Positions 8,576 to 18,485 are shown, counted from the stretch's first letter. The stretch is 64,000 nt of DNA from Candidatus Methanomethylicaceae archaeon (GCA_026414165.1 JAOAJN010000001.1:50422-114421), one strand, 5' to 3'. Notes: generated from the letters alone by a model not told the origin. Made by a program: numbers and translations.

Positions 8576-11002
8576 TCATTTAATTACCAATTCTACTTTT
8601 GGCTCCCCCTCAACATACTCGATCTCATCAATATGCAGAACTTCTTTTATCAACCAGTCGTTTCTCTTACAGATCTCGATGACTTCCTCAGAGTTGCTCA
8701 CTTGCGCCCTCTTGACTTTTGCAGAGAGTGCCAGCTTATTCTCAACTTTTTTACTCCTCAAATCTGCTATTACCTTAATTAGGGATCCGCCTTCTTTACC
8801 ATCAACATTCGGAATATCTTCTAATAAGGGATAAGGTGCCGCATGGATAGATATGTATCCTTCTTTTTCTTTGAAGACTTTATGGTATATTTCTTCTGTT
8901 ACGTGCGGACATATGGGTGCAATCATTCTTATGAAAGTCCAAATTACTTTGTATAGTGTTGCTTTGGCTGCACCTTCGCTCTTTGTACTTCTTGGAGTGT
9001 ATAGCCTTGGCTTTACAGCCTCTATGTATTGGTCGCAGAAATCATGCCAGTAGAAGCGCTGTAGGATGTCTACGGCTATATGGAATTGACTCTCATCCAT
9101 GGCTTCTATGGTTTTTTCAACGACTTCTCGTAGCCTAGAAAGAATCCATCTATCCACGTCCTCGAGATCTTCGACCCTCAGTTCTGGGGCATTTTGAATA
9201 AAACCCCCTGCAAATCTTACCGATGACCATACCTTCTGAATAAAGGCTTTACCATATTTTACTGGCTCCCATTTAAAGGGAAAATCCGATCCCAATGTGA
9301 GCGAAAGGACTGCCTGCCTTATGGCATCGGCTCCATAATTCCTGATTCCCTCTTCAGGCATTATCACATTTCCCTTGGATTTTGACATCCTGGAGCCATC
9401 CGGTCCGAGAATATGTCCATTCACCAAAACTTCCTTGAATGGGCCCTCACCAGTAAGTATCTTGCACCTTAGTAAAGTGTAATAGAGCCAAGTTCTGATG
9501 ATGTCGTGACCCTGTTGCCTAACGTCTACGGGATAAGTCTTCCTGAACCTATCCGCATCGTTAAAGAACCCAGTTATTATTAGTGGTGTTATACTTGAGT
9601 CGACCCAACAATCACACACATCCGACGTTCCAGATATCTGATTGCTTCCGCATTTTGGACACACTTCAGATGGCGGTTTGTCAATTGTTGTATCTACTGG
9701 CAACGCCTCTGCTCTGGGTGGTATGATAAAATTGCAACTCTTACAATACCAAAACGGGATTGGCGTTCCAAAGACCCTCTGCCTTGAGATTAACCAATCC
9801 CACTCTATACTGTTAACCCAATCAATTAGCCTTTGTTTCATGAACTTTGGCACCCACTTCATCTTGGATGCTTCCTCAAGCATCCCCTCTTTAAACTCCT
9901 TAGACCTCAAAAACCACTGCTCTTTTATCAAGAACTCTATGGGTGTCATGCAGTCTGCTCTTTCTGTATGTGTTAAGACATTATGAGTGACCTCTTCTTC
10001 CTTTGACATTAAACCTCTCTCTTTGAGGTCCTTAACGATCTCCTCCCTAGCCTGAATGACACTCATTCCAGTGTATCTTCCAGCATTTATCATCCTTCCA
10101 TACTCATCGATCGCCTTGATTATTGGAAGTCCAAAGGATTGCTGCCACTTGATGTCTTGTTCATCTCCATAGGTGCATACCATGACAACCCCTGTACCAA
10201 ACTTGGGATCGACTTCTTCATCCTGTAAGATCTTGACTCTTTGTCCGAAGATCGGCACCTCAACCTCTCTTCCCACAATGCCACTATACCGTTCGTCGAG
10301 CGGGTGCACAAGTAAAGCAACACAGGCATTTAGCAATTCCGGGCGGGTAGTAGCAACCTCCACATAATCTTCTGATCCAACAATTTTGAACCTCACATAA
10401 TGGAGTTTTCCTTTCTTCTGAACATAACCAAGCTCTGCCTGTGCAAGTGCAGTTCCACACTTGCTGCACCAATGTACTGGAAACTCCTTTCTATATACGA
10501 GCCCCTTCTGGTGCATTATTAGAAGCGAGTATTGTACTGCCTTCCAATACTCTTTGTCCATTGTTCTATATTCAAACTGCTCCCAGTCAGGTCTGTAACC
10601 AAGCTTGATCATAGTCTCCTTCATACTCTTTATCATATTATTAGTCCATTCGCTACATTTTTTGCGGAAGAGTTCTCTGTTTTCTCTAGGCACCTTCCAC
10701 TTATACTGAACCTTCAATTCTGTGGGAAGTCCTTGACAATCCCACCCTTGAGGGAGTAACACATCAAATCCTCTCATCCTCTTATACCTTGCCAAAGTAT
10801 CGTTCAAAACATTCCAATACGCGTGTCCCATGTGAAGTTCGCCAGAGGTGAAGGGCGGAGGGGTGTCTATTACAAATGCGGGTCTCCCATCATTTTTAAA
10901 TTTATAAACAGGATAGTATTCCTTACTGAGCCAAATTCTCTGCCATTTCTCTTCGACCACCTGCGAAGAATAAGTTTTTTCCATCTCCTTTTGAGGATCC
11001 AA
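8576..11002 (-). CDS. valS: valyl-tRNA synthetase (class I aaRS)
   Basis: HMGHA (HIGH) motif, ARYKRMRGF...LPQGWDCQGLP, RMSKSKGN (KMSKS); 808 aa. Confidence 0.7.
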   Translation of the reverse strand: MDPQKEMEKTYSSQVVEEKWQRIWLSKEYYPVYKFKNDGRPAFVIDTPPPFTSGELHMGHAYWNVLNDTLARYKRMRGFDVLLPQGWDCQGLPTELKVQYKWKVPRENRELFRKKCSEWTNNMIKSMKETMIKLGYRPDWEQFEYRTMDKEYWKAVQYSLLIMHQKGLVYRKEFPVHWCSKCGTALAQAELGYVQKKGKLHYVRFKIVGSEDYVEVATTRPELLNACVALLVHPLDERYSGIVGREVEVPIFGQRVKILQDEEVDPKFGTGVVMVCTYGDEQDIKWQQSFGLPIIKAIDEYGRMINAGRYTGMSVIQAREEIVKDLKERGLMSKEEEVTHNVLTHTERADCMTPIEFLIKEQWFLRSKEFKEGMLEEASKMKWVPKFMKQRLIDWVNSIEWDWLISRQRVFGTPIPFWYCKSCNFIIPPRAEALPVDTTIDKPPSEVCPKCGSNQISGTSDVCDCWVDSSITPLIITGFFNDADRFRKTYPVDVRQQGHDIIRTWLYYTLLRCKILTGEGPFKEVLVNGHILGPDGSRMSKSKGNVIMPEEGIRNYGADAIRQAVLSLTLGSDFPFKWEPVKYGKAFIQKVWSSVRFAGGFIQNAPELRVEDLEDVDRWILSRLREVVEKTIEAMDESQFHIAVDILQRFYWHDFCDQYIEAVKPRLYTPRSTKSEGAAKATLYKVIWTFIRMIAPICPHVTEEIYHKVFKEKEGYISIHAAPYPLLEDIPNVDGKEGGSLIKVIADLRSKKVENKLALSAKVKRAQVSNSEEVIEICKRNDWLIKEVLHIDEIEYVEGEPKVELVIK

Positions 11003-11097
11003 GGTCTTCCCCTCCAGAATATTTGAAAAGTGTCAAATTAACTCCTTATAAATAATTGCCCAGATCTCCAAGTAATAACTCTACAGAACCTATTCAC

Positions 11098-11469
11098 TCA
11101 CTGATTTCTTTGCTCCACTTTTTCTGCGGCCCTCTTGTCAATGGCCTTTATAGCTCTGAGCGCAAAATCTGCCTCCATCCTGTCTATATGTTCCTCGAAA
11201 TTTCTAACACCCAGGACCTCGTATTCCTTTAAAACTTCTCTGATTGGCTTTCCCCTCCTCTGTTCAACTTCCCTTATCTTTGCCAAAAAATAACTTTTAA
11301 CAAAGCCTCCCGTTTCTTGGACACAAGCTGGCGGCTCCAGCTCAAGTTCTTTGCAAATCTCCACGAGTGCTAGGCATACCTCCGGATCTCTATCCGCAGG
11401 ACACTTGTTTTCACAATGAGCCTTCGCATAACTTATTATTCTGATTAAATCTTTTTCACTTATGTTCAA
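11098..11469 (-). CDS. hypothetical protein with four Cys (CxxxC...C...C)
   Basis: 123-aa ORF, HCENKCPADRDPEVC...C motif; no family recognized. Confidence 0.4.
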   Translation of the reverse strand: MNISEKDLIRIISYAKAHCENKCPADRDPEVCLALVEICKELELEPPACVQETGGFVKSYFLAKIREVEQRRGKPIREVLKEYEVLGVRNFEEHIDRMEADFALRAIKAIDKRAAEKVEQRNQ

Positions 11470-11700
11470 TCAAATACACTCCTTTTTGGCCTCCGCACAG
11501 TTTTTTCTACATCGCCTTAGGCTCTGCGAACTCGGCAAATTCATCATTGGCCAAAGATCTCTACTACAAGGATAGAGATAAATTTTATAGTCCGCATTAG
11601 AAATTACCGATCTGGTGACACATATGGGCGGCAGACAAAGAACTACTCTATTAAATCCTGTGAGTAAAGAAGAGAAGAAGAAACAAGAGTAGATTCAATC

Positions 11701-12534
11701 ATGACTACAAGGAGGCCCTACACACTAACAATTTGTTTGCCATCCTCGGTCCTTTCCTTAGGACAAACGCTAATTGAAAAAACCATAATTGCTGGTCAGG
11801 TCGCCAGGGCTGCGTCAATATATCGTGTTGACAATATTGTGATTTACCTCGACAAACAGTCATCAAGAGACGATGCAATATTGATGAAAGACCTTCTAAC
11901 ATACGCCGAAACCCCTCAATACCTCAGGCGTTATTTATTTTCTCTTTCCAAGAACCTAAAATATGCTGCCTTGATCCCCCCTCTGCGCACCCCGCATCAT
12001 CCACTTTCAGAGACCGATTCAAAATTCCGGGAGGGGTTTGTCTTGAAAAGCAACAAAAAAGAATCAATAGTAGATATTGGACTCAAGGAGCCAGTGAAAT
12101 GTCCAAGTCAACTCCCTATTAATAGACGCATATCTATGAAATTTGTGGATGGCACATGGCTACCTGCCTCCCGAGAGGAGATCCAATGTTATTGGGGCTA
12201 CCAAACTCAAATGGATCTTAAAGGTCTAGGGCACCACCTTATAAGCGGCAGCTATGATTACGTGATAGCGACCTCGCGTCTTGGGGTTCCCGTAAACTCT
12301 GTGGTTAAAGAGTTAAAAAATGCCATCATTACCAGCCAAAGCATTGCAATCTTATTTGGTGCCCCAGACGAGGGCCTTCACGAGATACTCCGAAAGTCTG
12401 GTCTTGATGTGAAACAAGTCTCTGATGTGGTGGTAAACATGGTTCCAAACCAAGGAACTGAAACCGTGAGAACTGAAGAGGCCTTGCTGATCTCGCTTGC
12501 AGTATTTACATTCATAGAGCATATTGATTTATAA
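11701..12534 (+). CDS. SPOUT-class RNA methyltransferase, DUF171/SPOUT1 (C9orf114) family
   Basis: RPYTLTICLPSSVL...AGQVARAASIYRVDNIVIY resembles the SPOUT1 N-terminus; position upstream of rpl3. Confidence 0.5.
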   Translation: MTTRRPYTLTICLPSSVLSLGQTLIEKTIIAGQVARAASIYRVDNIVIYLDKQSSRDDAILMKDLLTYAETPQYLRRYLFSLSKNLKYAALIPPLRTPHHPLSETDSKFREGFVLKSNKKESIVDIGLKEPVKCPSQLPINRRISMKFVDGTWLPASREEIQCYWGYQTQMDLKGLGHHLISGSYDYVIATSRLGVPVNSVVKELKNAIITSQSIAILFGAPDEGLHEILRKSGLDVKQVSDVVVNMVPNQGTETVRTEEALLISLAVFTFIEHIDL

Positions 12535-12627
12535 AATTTCACAAAAGTTGTTTTAAGAAAGGATCTCCGACGGATAGAAATATATTTTAGTTATGCTGCT
12601 AATCACAAGCCAAAAGGGGAGATAACT

Positions 12628-13638
12628 ATGGGACATAAAAGCAAGAGCGCGCCTAGAAGAGGCTCATTGATGTATTATCCTAGAGTACGAGCCAGGCGCA
12701 TTACTGGAAGAATCAGGACTTGGCCTCACATGGGCGGACCTCCCCGCCTCTTGGGTTTTGCTGGATATAAAGTAGGCACAACTCATCTTATTATGGTTGA
12801 GAACAGGGCTAAAAGCCCTTTATTTGGAAGAGAAGTGGTTAAGGAAGTAACAGTTGTGGAAGTTCCTCCTCTCTTCATTTATGGATTTAGGGCATATACA
12901 AAAACTCCCAAGGGTCTTAAAACTCTCGGAGAAGTAATTTATACCCCATTACCAAAATTTGCTGATCGAATACTGACCCTTCCTAAGAAGAACGACTTCT
13001 CAAAGATCCAGACGTTTATAGAAAATAACCTCGATAAAATTACTGAATTCCGTGTCTTGGCACTAACTCAACCACAAAAGAGTGGGCTTGGAAAGAAGAC
13101 TCCCGAAGTCTTAGAGATTAAGGTTGGAGGCGATGATGTTAAAGCGATTTACAGTTACATAAAGGAGATCCTTGGAAAAGAGCTCAGGGCAAAAGACTTC
13201 TTTGCAGAGGGTCAGCTAGTAGACGTCATATCTGTGACAAAGGGGAAGGGGTTTGCAGGTGCCGTGAAGAGGTTTGGTGTTAAGATCCAACCAAATTGGC
13301 ACAAACATAGAAAGGGCAAACGAGTTGTGGGTGCCATAAGCCCTTCTAGACCTCATATGATGTTCACCATCCCGCGCCCTGGTAAAATGGGCTTCCATCA
13401 ACGCACCGAATACAACAAGTTAGTGCTTAAGGTCGGCGAGAACTCCTCTGAGGTCAATATAGCTGGAGGCTTCTTGCACTATGGCATAGTGAAAGGCGAC
13501 TATATACTTGTCAGCGGGACTCTTCCTGGTCCGTCCAAAAGACTTGTGAGGTTTAGATATCCCGTGAGGGCGAAAACCCCGAAGTTGGAACCTCCCAAAA
13601 TTTTGAGCGTGAGTCTTGCCTCAAAGCAGGGGGTGTAG
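12628..13638 (+). CDS. rpl3: 50S ribosomal protein L3 (uL3)
   Basis: Archaeal L3 N-terminus and length (336 aa); heads the L3-L4-L23-L2-S19 operon. Confidence 0.9.
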   Translation: MGHKSKSAPRRGSLMYYPRVRARRITGRIRTWPHMGGPPRLLGFAGYKVGTTHLIMVENRAKSPLFGREVVKEVTVVEVPPLFIYGFRAYTKTPKGLKTLGEVIYTPLPKFADRILTLPKKNDFSKIQTFIENNLDKITEFRVLALTQPQKSGLGKKTPEVLEIKVGGDDVKAIYSYIKEILGKELRAKDFFAEGQLVDVISVTKGKGFAGAVKRFGVKIQPNWHKHRKGKRVVGAISPSRPHMMFTIPRPGKMGFHQRTEYNKLVLKVGENSSEVNIAGGFLHYGIVKGDYILVSGTLPGPSKRLVRFRYPVRAKTPKLEPPKILSVSLASKQGV

Positions 13639-13641
13639 GCA

Positions 13642-14433
13642 TTGGAAAGCGAAGTGATTGAAAAGCGTTCAGTTCCGGTATATTCTCTTGATGGAAGCAT
13701 TAAGGGCGATGTAGAGTTGCCCAAGGTATTTCTAGAAGAGGTTAGGTCAGACCTGATAAAGCGCGCATTCATCTCTTCCTTCACTGCCAAGATCCAACCC
13801 AAAGGACGAGATCCTATGGCTGGAAAGAGGACGAGTGCAGAAAGCTTGGGTGTAGGTCTTGATCTTGCCAGAGTTCCAAGGGTGAAGGGTGGCGGACCTG
13901 CTGCCTTTGTACCAAATGTGGTGGGTGGTAGACTGGCGTTTCCTCCAAGGCCTGAAAAGATCTTCCACGAACGAATAAATGACAAGGAGCGCGCACTTGC
14001 TCTTAAATCTGCCATAGCCGCCACAGGCATTAAAGATCTTGTGATACGTAGAGGACATATAATTAAAGAGGGCACTCGCCTTCCAATCGTAGTCTCTGAC
14101 GAGATAAAGAAATTAAAAAAAGCCTCTGAATTCAGAGAGTTTCTCCAGAAGCTTAACCTTTGGGAAGATGTCATGAGGGCGAAATGCGGAATAAAAGAAC
14201 GTCCAGGCAAAGGGAAATATAGGGGTAGGCGGTGGGTTAAGCCCAAGACCCTCTTACTGATTACTGACGAACTGAATCCTCCCGTAAGGTTGGCTGCCAG
14301 AAACTTCTCTGGTCTGGATTTTGCCGAGGTGACTTCCTTAAACATAGAGCGATTAGCCCCTGGAGGGCACCCGGGACGATTAACAATATGGACAGAATCT
14401 GCTTTGAAGAAACTCGAAAAGATATTCACATAA
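13642..14433 (+). CDS. rpl4: 50S ribosomal protein L4 (uL4)
   Basis: Archaeal L4 (L1e) similarity; operon position; TTG/GTG start. Confidence 0.9.
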   Translation: MESEVIEKRSVPVYSLDGSIKGDVELPKVFLEEVRSDLIKRAFISSFTAKIQPKGRDPMAGKRTSAESLGVGLDLARVPRVKGGGPAAFVPNVVGGRLAFPPRPEKIFHERINDKERALALKSAIAATGIKDLVIRRGHIIKEGTRLPIVVSDEIKKLKKASEFREFLQKLNLWEDVMRAKCGIKERPGKGKYRGRRWVKPKTLLLITDELNPPVRLAARNFSGLDFAEVTSLNIERLAPGGHPGRLTIWTESALKKLEKIFT

Positions 14434-14705
14434 TGGTGATTGCCATGGACCCTACCGAGATTATAATAAGACCTGTATCCTCGGAGTCCGCTCTCGACCG
14501 TCTGGAGAGGGAGAACAAACTTACATTCATAGTTAGTGGCAAGGCAAACAAAAAAACCATTAAAGAGGCCTTTGAGAAGCTTTATGGCGTTAAAGTAAAA
14601 TCTGTGAACACCTGCATTACAACCTCAGGCGAAAAGAAGGCAATAATTAGGCTAGAAAAGGAATATAGTGCTTCGGAACTTGCTACAAAGATAGGCTTAC
14701 TTTAG
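14434..14705 (+). CDS. rpl23: 50S ribosomal protein L23 (uL23)
   Basis: LTFIVSGKANKKTIKEAFEKLYGVKV typical of L23; the ATG directly abuts the L4 stop. Confidence 0.85.
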
Positions 14706-14715
14706 GTGATTAAAA

Positions 14716-15438
14716 ATGGGAAAGCGGCTTTTAGTTCAAAGAAGAGGGCGCGGGGGCTCTGTATTTAGGTCTCCTTCGTGGAAACGTGTAGGGAACGTGA
14801 GGTATCATCCTATACTGAAAGAAGAATTAAACTCTTCCGTAGAATTCCTAGTTAAAGATATAGTTCATGATCCTGGAAGAGGCGCCCCCGTCGCAATTGT
14901 TACAAACGATAAAGGCTTAAAAACACTGATGGTGGCTCCTGAAGGTTTATTCGTTGGTCAAAAGATCTACTTTGGTGCACAGGCTCCAGCCAATGTTGGC
15001 AATGTGCTCCCTCTTAAGAATATACCTGAGGGCACATTAGTTTGCAACATAGAGGCATTACCAGGCGATGGGGGAAGATACGTCAGGTCTGCAGGGAGTT
15101 ATGCGACTGTTGTATCTCACTCAGGCGATTCTGTGATAGTGCAATTCCCATCGGGCATGGTAAAATCTTTCAGTGGATCGTGCAGGGCTACTGTTGGTTT
15201 AGTTGCAGCCGGAGGCATCGTTGAGAAGCCCATGTTAAAGGCCGGTTCCAGCTACCACAAATACAAGGCAAAGTCGGTGAAATATCCACGTGTTCGTGGT
15301 AAGGCTATGAGTCCCTATGCTCATCCACACGGTGGCGGAAGCCATCCCAAGGGAGGCAGACCTGTTAGCAGGACGGCCCCCCCTGGTCAGAAGGTTGGGA
15401 TGATCGCACCTAAGAGAACTGGAAGGAGGAAAAAGTGA
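14716..15438 (+). CDS. rpl2: 50S ribosomal protein L2 (uL2)
   Basis: GRGGS..., SPYAHPHGGGSHPKGGRP conserved C-terminal L2 motif. Confidence 0.95.
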   Translation: MGKRLLVQRRGRGGSVFRSPSWKRVGNVRYHPILKEELNSSVEFLVKDIVHDPGRGAPVAIVTNDKGLKTLMVAPEGLFVGQKIYFGAQAPANVGNVLPLKNIPEGTLVCNIEALPGDGGRYVRSAGSYATVVSHSGDSVIVQFPSGMVKSFSGSCRATVGLVAAGGIVEKPMLKAGSSYHKYKAKSVKYPRVRGKAMSPYAHPHGGGSHPKGGRPVSRTAPPGQKVGMIAPKRTGRRKK

Positions 15439-15453
15439 TAGAGGGGTGAATCC

Positions 15454-15858
15454 ATGTCAAAAGAATTTACTTACAGGGGATATACGATATCTCAACTTGC
15501 TAATATGCCAATGGACGAGTTCATCAAACTGCTTCCAAGTAGACAGCGTAGATCTTTAATGAGGGGTCTTAACCCAGAACAGAGAACATTATTCGAAAAG
15601 ATACGCAAAGCAAAACTCTTGGCTGCCAAGGGTAAGAAGGTGGTGATCAGAACTCACTGCCGGGACATGATCATCCTCCCAGAGATGGTCGGTCTGACGA
15701 TATCTGTGCATAACGGTAAGGAGTTCGTTCCTGTTGAGATCCTCCCAGAGATGGTCGGTCACTACCTAGGCGAATTCGCAATAACCACTGCAAAAGTCAC
15801 ACATGGCGCTCCTGGTCTAAAGGCTACCCGAAGCTCAATGTTCGTACCTCTTAAATAA
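15454..15858 (+). CDS. rps19: 30S ribosomal protein S19 (uS19)
   Basis: [18 protein letters not shown]...[14 protein letters not shown] canonical S19. Confidence 0.9.
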   Translation: MSKEFTYRGYTISQLANMPMDEFIKLLPSRQRRSLMRGLNPEQRTLFEKIRKAKLLAAKGKKVVIRTHCRDMIILPEMVGLTISVHNGKEFVPVEILPEMVGHYLGEFAITTAKVTHGAPGLKATRSSMFVPLK

Positions 15859-15877
15859 CATCCCTTTCCAATTTTTT

Positions 15878-15889
15878 AAGCCATCTTTA
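15878..15889 (+). terminator. oligo-T tract (caattttttaag) after rps19
   Basis: Archaeal terminators are T-runs; located 20 bp past the S19 stop. Confidence 0.25.
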
Positions 15890-15986
15890 GTTTACAAAAA
15901 GCGGACCATAATGGCACGAATTAATAACCAGTTTACAATATCGTGCCAAGCCCCCTTCGATTTGACTTAGTCACTTAGACAGATAT

Positions 15987-16055
15987 TTGCAAGAATTCAA
16001 TTTCTTACCCGAATCTGTAATAATCACTTCTATTTTCTTGCAAGAATTCAATTCC
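15987..16055 (+). promoter_or_regulatory. paired 18-bp direct repeats (ttgcaagaattcaatt[t/c]c), each made of two adjacent 6-bp palindromes (TTGCAA, GAATTC), 51 bp apart; candidate operator
   Basis: 17/18 identical copies at 15987-16004 and 16038-16055, directly upstream of a TATA-like box and the inserted cassette. Confidence 0.35.
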
Positions 16056-16062
16056 TTCAATC

Positions 16063-16070
16063 TTAAATAA
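16063..16070 (+). promoter_or_regulatory. TATA-like box (ttaaataa) 31-38 bp upstream of the 16101 ATG
   Basis: Sequence and spacing consistent with an archaeal promoter. Confidence 0.3.
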
Positions 16071-16100
16071 ACGCGCATTACAACTTTTCCCCGATCTGTT

Positions 16101-16694
16101 ATGCAACGTAGAACTTTGGTAATGCTTGCCTTCATAACCATGTTCTGCCTGACAATTTACTCTGGTGCTTACGCCAGCTCACTTTCAAAAGCGGAGATCG
16201 TACACTTCTGGGTGGCTGTACCCGCTGGCAATGTGACTGAACCAAAAACCTTACGTGGTGCTGGTCCACCAATAAACATGGCCCCCATCATAATAGACTT
16301 AGACACAAGAGGCTTACCTAAGAACCTGCTCAACCCAAATGTGGAAGCCATCTCTACCCATTGGATCTACAATTTGGATAAAAGACCGTACAAACTCGGT
16401 CTAGATCTTATTAATACCCATTTTCCGGTGGAATGGGAAGTAAGATCCGAATGGCCTTACGATCCAACCACCCATACGTTCACCAAACCTTTACCACCTG
16501 GTCAAAGAATTCCCGGTCTCTCAATCGACTGGATATTCAAAATACCTGCGTATTATATGGATGAGCAAGTAATCTATGATGGTGGTTTACTTATCTTTGA
16601 CGCTGATTCTGGTCAACCACTTACATTCATCCCAATAAAGATCGTTAGAGGTGGAATCATTCCATCTCAAGGAGGTTTGGGAAGTTGTCATTAG
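16101..16694 (+). CDS. secreted protein of unknown function (N-terminal signal peptide, Trp/His-rich, C-terminal GSCH)
   Basis: MQRRTLVMLAFITMFCLTIYSGAYA signal peptide; no known motif; first gene of the cassette inserted between S19 and L22. Confidence 0.6.
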   Translation: MQRRTLVMLAFITMFCLTIYSGAYASSLSKAEIVHFWVAVPAGNVTEPKTLRGAGPPINMAPIIIDLDTRGLPKNLLNPNVEAISTHWIYNLDKRPYKLGLDLINTHFPVEWEVRSEWPYDPTTHTFTKPLPPGQRIPGLSIDWIFKIPAYYMDEQVIYDGGLLIFDADSGQPLTFIPIKIVRGGIIPSQGGLGSCH

Positions 16695-17587
16695 AGCGCA
16701 AAAAGCAAACACTCTTCAAAAACAAGTATCGTTATCTCTCTTGGATCCTTGGATTTCTAATCTTTGTGGGACCATTTTCACTACTTACCCGCTTAGTCTA
16801 CATGGTTATTGGCAATATATCCTTGCCAGATCTTCACACAATCTGCCTCAGAATGCCGCTCGATTGGGTTTTTTCTGGTAGGGTTTACAACCTGCTGGGA
16901 TCTCCAATAATGACTAGCTTTACCATAATCGTTCTAATCACCACACTCTTGGTTGGACCCATGTTCTGCGGATGGCTGTGCCCGGTAGGTGCTGTAAGCG
17001 AAGCTTTAAGCCGATTAGCACCGATACCGAAAAAATTCAGGCTTCACATCCAAGACCCTAATATTACGCGAAACTTGAGATTTGGTTTTCTTACGGGCTT
17101 CATCTTAGTCTCAATCCTAGTGGGACTTGGATATGCTTATGTAGGAAGTATTTGCTGCAGGTACTGCACGTCATCAGTCTTGCAGAACATTGTTAACGGT
17201 CTATTTGGCAATTCCTTGGCTTTTGAGTACTGGCATACTGGCTCGATTCTGACGCTCATTTTTTGGCTATTGGTGGGTGGCATATTCACGTTTGGTGGAA
17301 GAGGGTGGTGCATACTATTCTGTCCACTGGGGGCGGTATCGGGACTGATTCATGCCATAGGTGCCAAGATTGGATTTTATAGGACCGTGAAAAACGAAGA
17401 AGATTGCAAGAACTGCGGATCCTGTTCGGATATTTGTCCGATGTGGGCCATAGGTTCTGATAATTCCATAGAACGAACTCTTTGTATAAACTGCAAGGAA
17501 TGCATAAACAGATGCCCATCCCGTGCTTTTAGTATGATATGGGGGAGGCGAAAGAAAAGTGATTATGTCGATAATGAGGCATCTTAA
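16685..17587 (+). CDS. NapH/MauN-family membrane-bound polyferredoxin (2x CxxxCP transmembrane motifs plus two 4Fe-4S ferredoxin motifs)
   Basis: CGWLCPVGA and CILFCPLGA motifs, C-terminal CKNCGSCSDICP and CINCKECINRCP; multiple TM segments; true start probably an internal Met. Confidence 0.7.
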   Translation: MSLERKKQTLFKNKYRYLSWILGFLIFVGPFSLLTRLVYMVIGNISLPDLHTICLRMPLDWVFSGRVYNLLGSPIMTSFTIIVLITTLLVGPMFCGWLCPVGAVSEALSRLAPIPKKFRLHIQDPNITRNLRFGFLTGFILVSILVGLGYAYVGSICCRYCTSSVLQNIVNGLFGNSLAFEYWHTGSILTLIFWLLVGGIFTFGGRGWCILFCPLGAVSGLIHAIGAKIGFYRTVKNEEDCKNCGSCSDICPMWAIGSDNSIERTLCINCKECINRCPSRAFSMIWGRRKKSDYVDNEAS

Positions 17588-17780
17588 AAAATTTAAGGCT
17601 TATTTTACCTTTATAATCTCGGCTTCCAGTATACCTACATTTTACCTTTTACAAATTTGCAGAACATCATGTTTAGCATGCCCGTTAGTAGGGATATGTG
17701 TGATTGCTTTTCCTTTAGTTTTTGGCATCGCAGCCCTCATGAAAATTGCCAAAAAAGCTCAGTCTTTGTTTAAAAAATAA
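17559..17780 (+). CDS. small hydrophobic membrane peptide (CLACP motif), uncertain
   Basis: 73-aa ORF overlapping the 3' end of the NapH-like gene; 2 predicted TM segments, Lys-rich C-terminus. Confidence 0.3.
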   Translation: MIMSIMRHLKKFKAYFTFIISASSIPTFYLLQICRTSCLACPLVGICVIAFPLVFGIAALMKIAKKAQSLFKK

Positions 17781-18008
17781 ACACAAGTATTCTGCCGCGT
17801 CCTCCTCTAAACATTTTCAGATAAAACACCACTAAAACTGCGCCTTTTATATGCTACTTGGCACATCAATAATAACACTTTCCAATAATAAAGTAAACGA
17901 TAACCGATTTTTCATATATACACTCCAGACATTGTAAAAAACTTTTTATATACCTCCCAAGTTTTAAACTTGCGATTCAACATATCATGATAAATTGGAA
18001 GTGGTATA

Positions 18009-18485
18009 ATGCCCGAATGGGGATATTCAACACTGGAGTATGACCCTGACAAAATGGCTAGGGCTAGTGGGCGAGACCTCCGCATTTCTCCAAAGGAAGC
18101 CAGAGAGATATGCGCCGCAATAAGGCACATGCGCTTAGAAGATGCCATTGAATATCTTAAGCACGTAATCGAGAAAAAGGAGGGAGTCCCCTACCGTAGA
18201 TTCAAAAGAAACGTCCCCCATCACTCCGAGATCGCTAACAGATTTGGAATCCCATCGGGCAGATATCCCATTAAAGCTTGCTCTGAGATTCTAAAAGTCT
18301 TGGAAAATGCAAAGGCAAACGCAGAGAACAAAGGTCTAGACATAGAGAGTTTGCGGGTACGCCACGCCTGCGCACAGGCTGCTATGAAGATCAGAAACTA
18401 CATCCCGCGCGCTTTCGGAAGGGCTACGCCCTTCTTTCATCCCCTGACACATGTTGAGATCGTAGTTGAGGAGGTAGGCGCATGA
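18009..18485 (+). CDS. rpl22: 50S ribosomal protein L22 (uL22)
   Basis: Archaeal L22 similarity; resumes the r-protein operon order L22-S3-L29. Confidence 0.9.
   Translation: MPEWGYSTLEYDPDKMARASGRDLRISPKEAREICAAIRHMRLEDAIEYLKHVIEKKEGVPYRRFKRNVPHHSEIANRFGIPSGRYPIKACSEILKVLENAKANAENKGLDIESLRVRHACAQAAMKIRNYIPRAFGRATPFFHPLTHVEIVVEEVGA

Noticed and set aside
13500-14429. 309-aa ORF on the minus strand spanning the rpl3/rpl4 region
   Set aside because: It is entirely antisense to two strongly supported r-protein genes and shows no motifs. It is a typical shadow ORF.
15660-15760. Internal duplication ILPEMVG...ILPEMVG in rps19
   Set aside because: The duplicated PEMVG motif is a normal conserved feature of S19, not a recent repeat.
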